From contig JAQGDQ010000269.1 in assembly GCA_030141605.1 (NCBI GenBank), forward strand, positions 186,001 to 250,000: 64,000 nt of DNA, written 5' to 3'. Origin of the DNA: Tubiluchus corallicola. Lineage: Eukaryota > Animalia > Priapulida. Made by a program: the position numbers and the translations under genes. Shown here piece after piece: positions 61,388 through 64,000 of this stretch; within the stretch, counting starts at the first letter, position 1; every line of letters begins with the position of its first letter. A model generated the notes under the pieces. That model ran no database searches. It worked only from the letters and a program-made list of their open reading frames with translations, and had not been told where the DNA came from.

Positions 61388-63074
61388 ATGGTACTGTCTC
61401 ATCCAGTGCGAAGGTCTCCACGGCGGGGCACTTCAAAAAATCTGAGGTCTCCGCATCGGAAAGCAAAACTTCCAGCAGCTCCGCCCAGCAAAAATACATC
61501 TGGCAAAAGCAATGTGAAGGTCGTCGTTCGTGTGCGTCCAGAAAATCAGACGGAAAATGCAAGTTGCCATAGCAACGTTGTGTCGGTATTGGACGACCGT
61601 GTTCTTGTTTTTGATCCAAAGGTATGAAGTTTCCAGATAATTTGATTTCTTCTACTGCTTTACAACTGATAGCAGCTGCAGAAAGTGATAAGCTTATGGT
61701 GGCACTGACAGTTGCCATGATAATACATGTATTGTAAATGTTGCAAATTAATGTGTTAAACATTAAGACGTGCTAAATTTTACATACTTGTCTTTGGCTT
61801 TACTATGGAAATTTTTTAAATAGAAGTGCCAATTGAACTATTAGGAATACTAAATGTGATTTCTATAAATGTATGGTGGATTCATAGTCAAGTGGTCTTG
61901 TGCATGTGTTTTGCATGAATGGCTCACAGTCGTCTGTGTTCCATCTAAATCATTCTGAGCGATTTCGTATGCCATACTAACTTTGGCTGTTTACCTAATA
62001 TTGAAAGGATGCATACACATATAAATGTGACTATGACGCATTAGCCAATTTAGTAGCTATTTTAGAGTGATATCCTTGATGATGAGCCAGACTTCAATCT
62101 CATCACAAGCATCGCATTGAGTAGACCATACCATTGAATACTCACTTGTTTCTGGCTTGCAGTATGCTGAACTTCTGTATACATAAAAAGTCAAGAGAAC
62201 ATTATAAGTTCCCATAAATGCAATGCTACCCAAGAAAAGCAGAGAGTATAATGGTACAGCGGAGATTGCGCATTTAACATATATCACACTGTATCTGCAA
62301 TAATTAGTTAATAGTACTGTTTGTAGAATATTTTTATTGATACTATCAATCATGAATATAAAATAGCCTCAAAAACCGACTAAAAGGTTAATCAGTTATG
62401 AAGGCTAGACTGCAGGACTAATTTACAAGGAATGTTTGTACGTGGATGAAACGAAAACTTGTGGAAAGTCTCTTTAAGCTGGGATGAGTTCACGAGAGTA
62501 ATGCTGTGTGTGCTGTCCCTCCTGGGTAATTTATTATTTTTTTATTTGGAGAACTATAAATAGTATTTGAATAGGTTTTATTTCGGTTTCAATTTTTGAT
62601 AAAGTTTTGATGGTTTATGTGTACATTGTAGATGCGTTAACGCACTGATTAATTGATCCACAGGTACATGAATAATAATGTATTTACAACTGAGATATTA
62701 TTATACAGTAGTTAGAACTCTTTGGTTCTTATCTAAGGTGTATTATTAGTGTTTTGGATGAAACAGTTAACAACTTTACATGCATGTGCTACTTGAGAAT
62801 TAAAACTATTTAAACATACTTCAAGTGAGGTGATTAATCAACATTGTGAAATTGTCGTGACTTGACTTGATTTTTGCTTATCATTTTAAGGCAGAGCAAT
62901 CTCCAGGTTTTTTCCAAGGCCGCAAATTGAGTGGCAATTTGGCTCAGCGACGAACAAAGGATCTGCATTTTGGATTTGATCATGTTTTTGGGGCGGAAGC
63001 TTGCAACCAAGTGGTGTACGAACAAAGTACAAAGTGTATTCTGGATGGCCTGCTTGATGGGTTCAACTGTTCCG
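61388..63074 (+). CDS. KIF18: Kinesin-8 (KIF18A/KLP67A-like) motor protein, first two coding exons, 3'-partial
   Basis: join(61388..61621,62891..63074). Translation includes NVKVVVRVRPEN...VVSVLDDRVLVFDPK|AEQSPGFFQGRK...RTKDLHFGFDHVFG...VYEQSTKCILDGLLDGFNCS. The LVFDPK..FFxG..KDLxFxFD pattern is typical of KIF18. The ATG follows an acceptor AG (61385-86), which implies upstream non-coding exon(s). Confidence 0.88.
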
Positions 63075-63942
63075 GTACGAACATTTGATTTGCAATGTTG
63101 TAAACTGCTTTGCAAAATTGTAAATAAAAAGTCCCCTGATTTTCAATTTTTTTTTGTGCAGCTCCAGCATTCTTGATTTACAGATAGATAAAGTACTCCG
63201 CTGATGCTTGGTCGTAATGTATCAAATGATGTTGAACATGTGGTTAACTTGCTAATTTAAAATCTAAATGCAAAGCTTATCTTGCTGATCGGCGATTGCA
63301 TTACATTTACACAATTTTTCTCGTCTGATTATTCCATTTTATGTTCTTCGACAAGGGCTAGTTTTTGTGTACTGTATCTATCACAATTTTTTACACCTGC
63401 TGTTATATATCTATATATATATATATGCTAAGATATGATTATGGCCTATTTGAATCCTTGACTCACTACCTTATTGGAATACCAGGAACACTGTACTAAG
63501 CTAGTTTTTGCTTAGTTTTTGTGTAACTCTCTAATCTGTTGTTTAGGTCAAATATTAGTTCCTGCATTTGCACACTTTATTATGATGCTTTTTTATTACT
63601 ATTGTTGCAATTTAGATTTTAGTTGTATGGCTCAGTGGAAGCAGCGTACCATCTTAGCTATCGAAGCTAAGATGGCACCGAGGCTGATCAGCAATATTTA
63701 TTCATTTAAATTGGGAAAAGGGAAATTTTAAAATATGTCCCAAAAGATTTCCACGCAAAGTTATATTATTTAGCAGTATGGTTGCCTGTTTGAAAGTCCT
63801 ATGTAACTAGAAAAGTCTTAATAATTCTTAATTTAATAATTTCTTAATAATTTAAAATATTAAAGCTGGTAAAACCTCACCTGACTCACATTTCCAGTGT
63901 GCACCACTGATTCACCAATAACACACTATTCATCTTAGTCAG

Positions 63943-63973
<31 letters not shown>

Positions 63974-64000
63974 ATATATGTAATATATATATACATATAA

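Noticed and set aside
63890-63940. Repeat shared with 52766-52820 (CCAGTGTGCACCACT..CACCAA.AACAC..TATT.ATCTTA)
   Set aside because: A real dispersed repeat, but its boundaries and class could not be determined.

Overview
This is AT-rich, intron-rich eukaryotic DNA from an animal, probably a non-arthropod invertebrate (inferred from TTAGGG-type repeats and human-like intron positions). It is not prokaryotic, and most entries in the ORF track are spurious. Four spliced genes were reconstructed by hand with GT-AG boundaries and consistent phases. (1) The 3' part of an SH2B/Lnk-family adaptor (+, 8 coding exons, 1502-32495, with a 19-kb intron inside the PH domain). (2) A complete 13-exon secreted single-domain phospholipase B1-like SGNH/GDSL lipase (-, 38212-49096). 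(3) A complete 5-exon SBDS (-, 53732-57638). (4) The first two coding exons of a kinesin-8/KIF18-like gene (+, 61388 onward). The rest is dense with transposon material: a young 5'-truncated RTE LINE nested in a hAT-type MITE, a Charlie-like MITE nested in a long-TIR foldback element, Kolobok-like, Tc1/pogo-like, CR1-group and Penelope-like remnants, tRNA-derived SINEs, and mini- and microsatellites. I found no convincing new multi-gene system. The most unusual items are a 62-bp minisatellite made of transposon ends, a MITE carrying telomeric repeats beside an SH2-domain splice donor, Penelope-type hammerhead motifs, a microsatellite-loaded hairpin element, and a candidate alternative terminal exon for the lipase.
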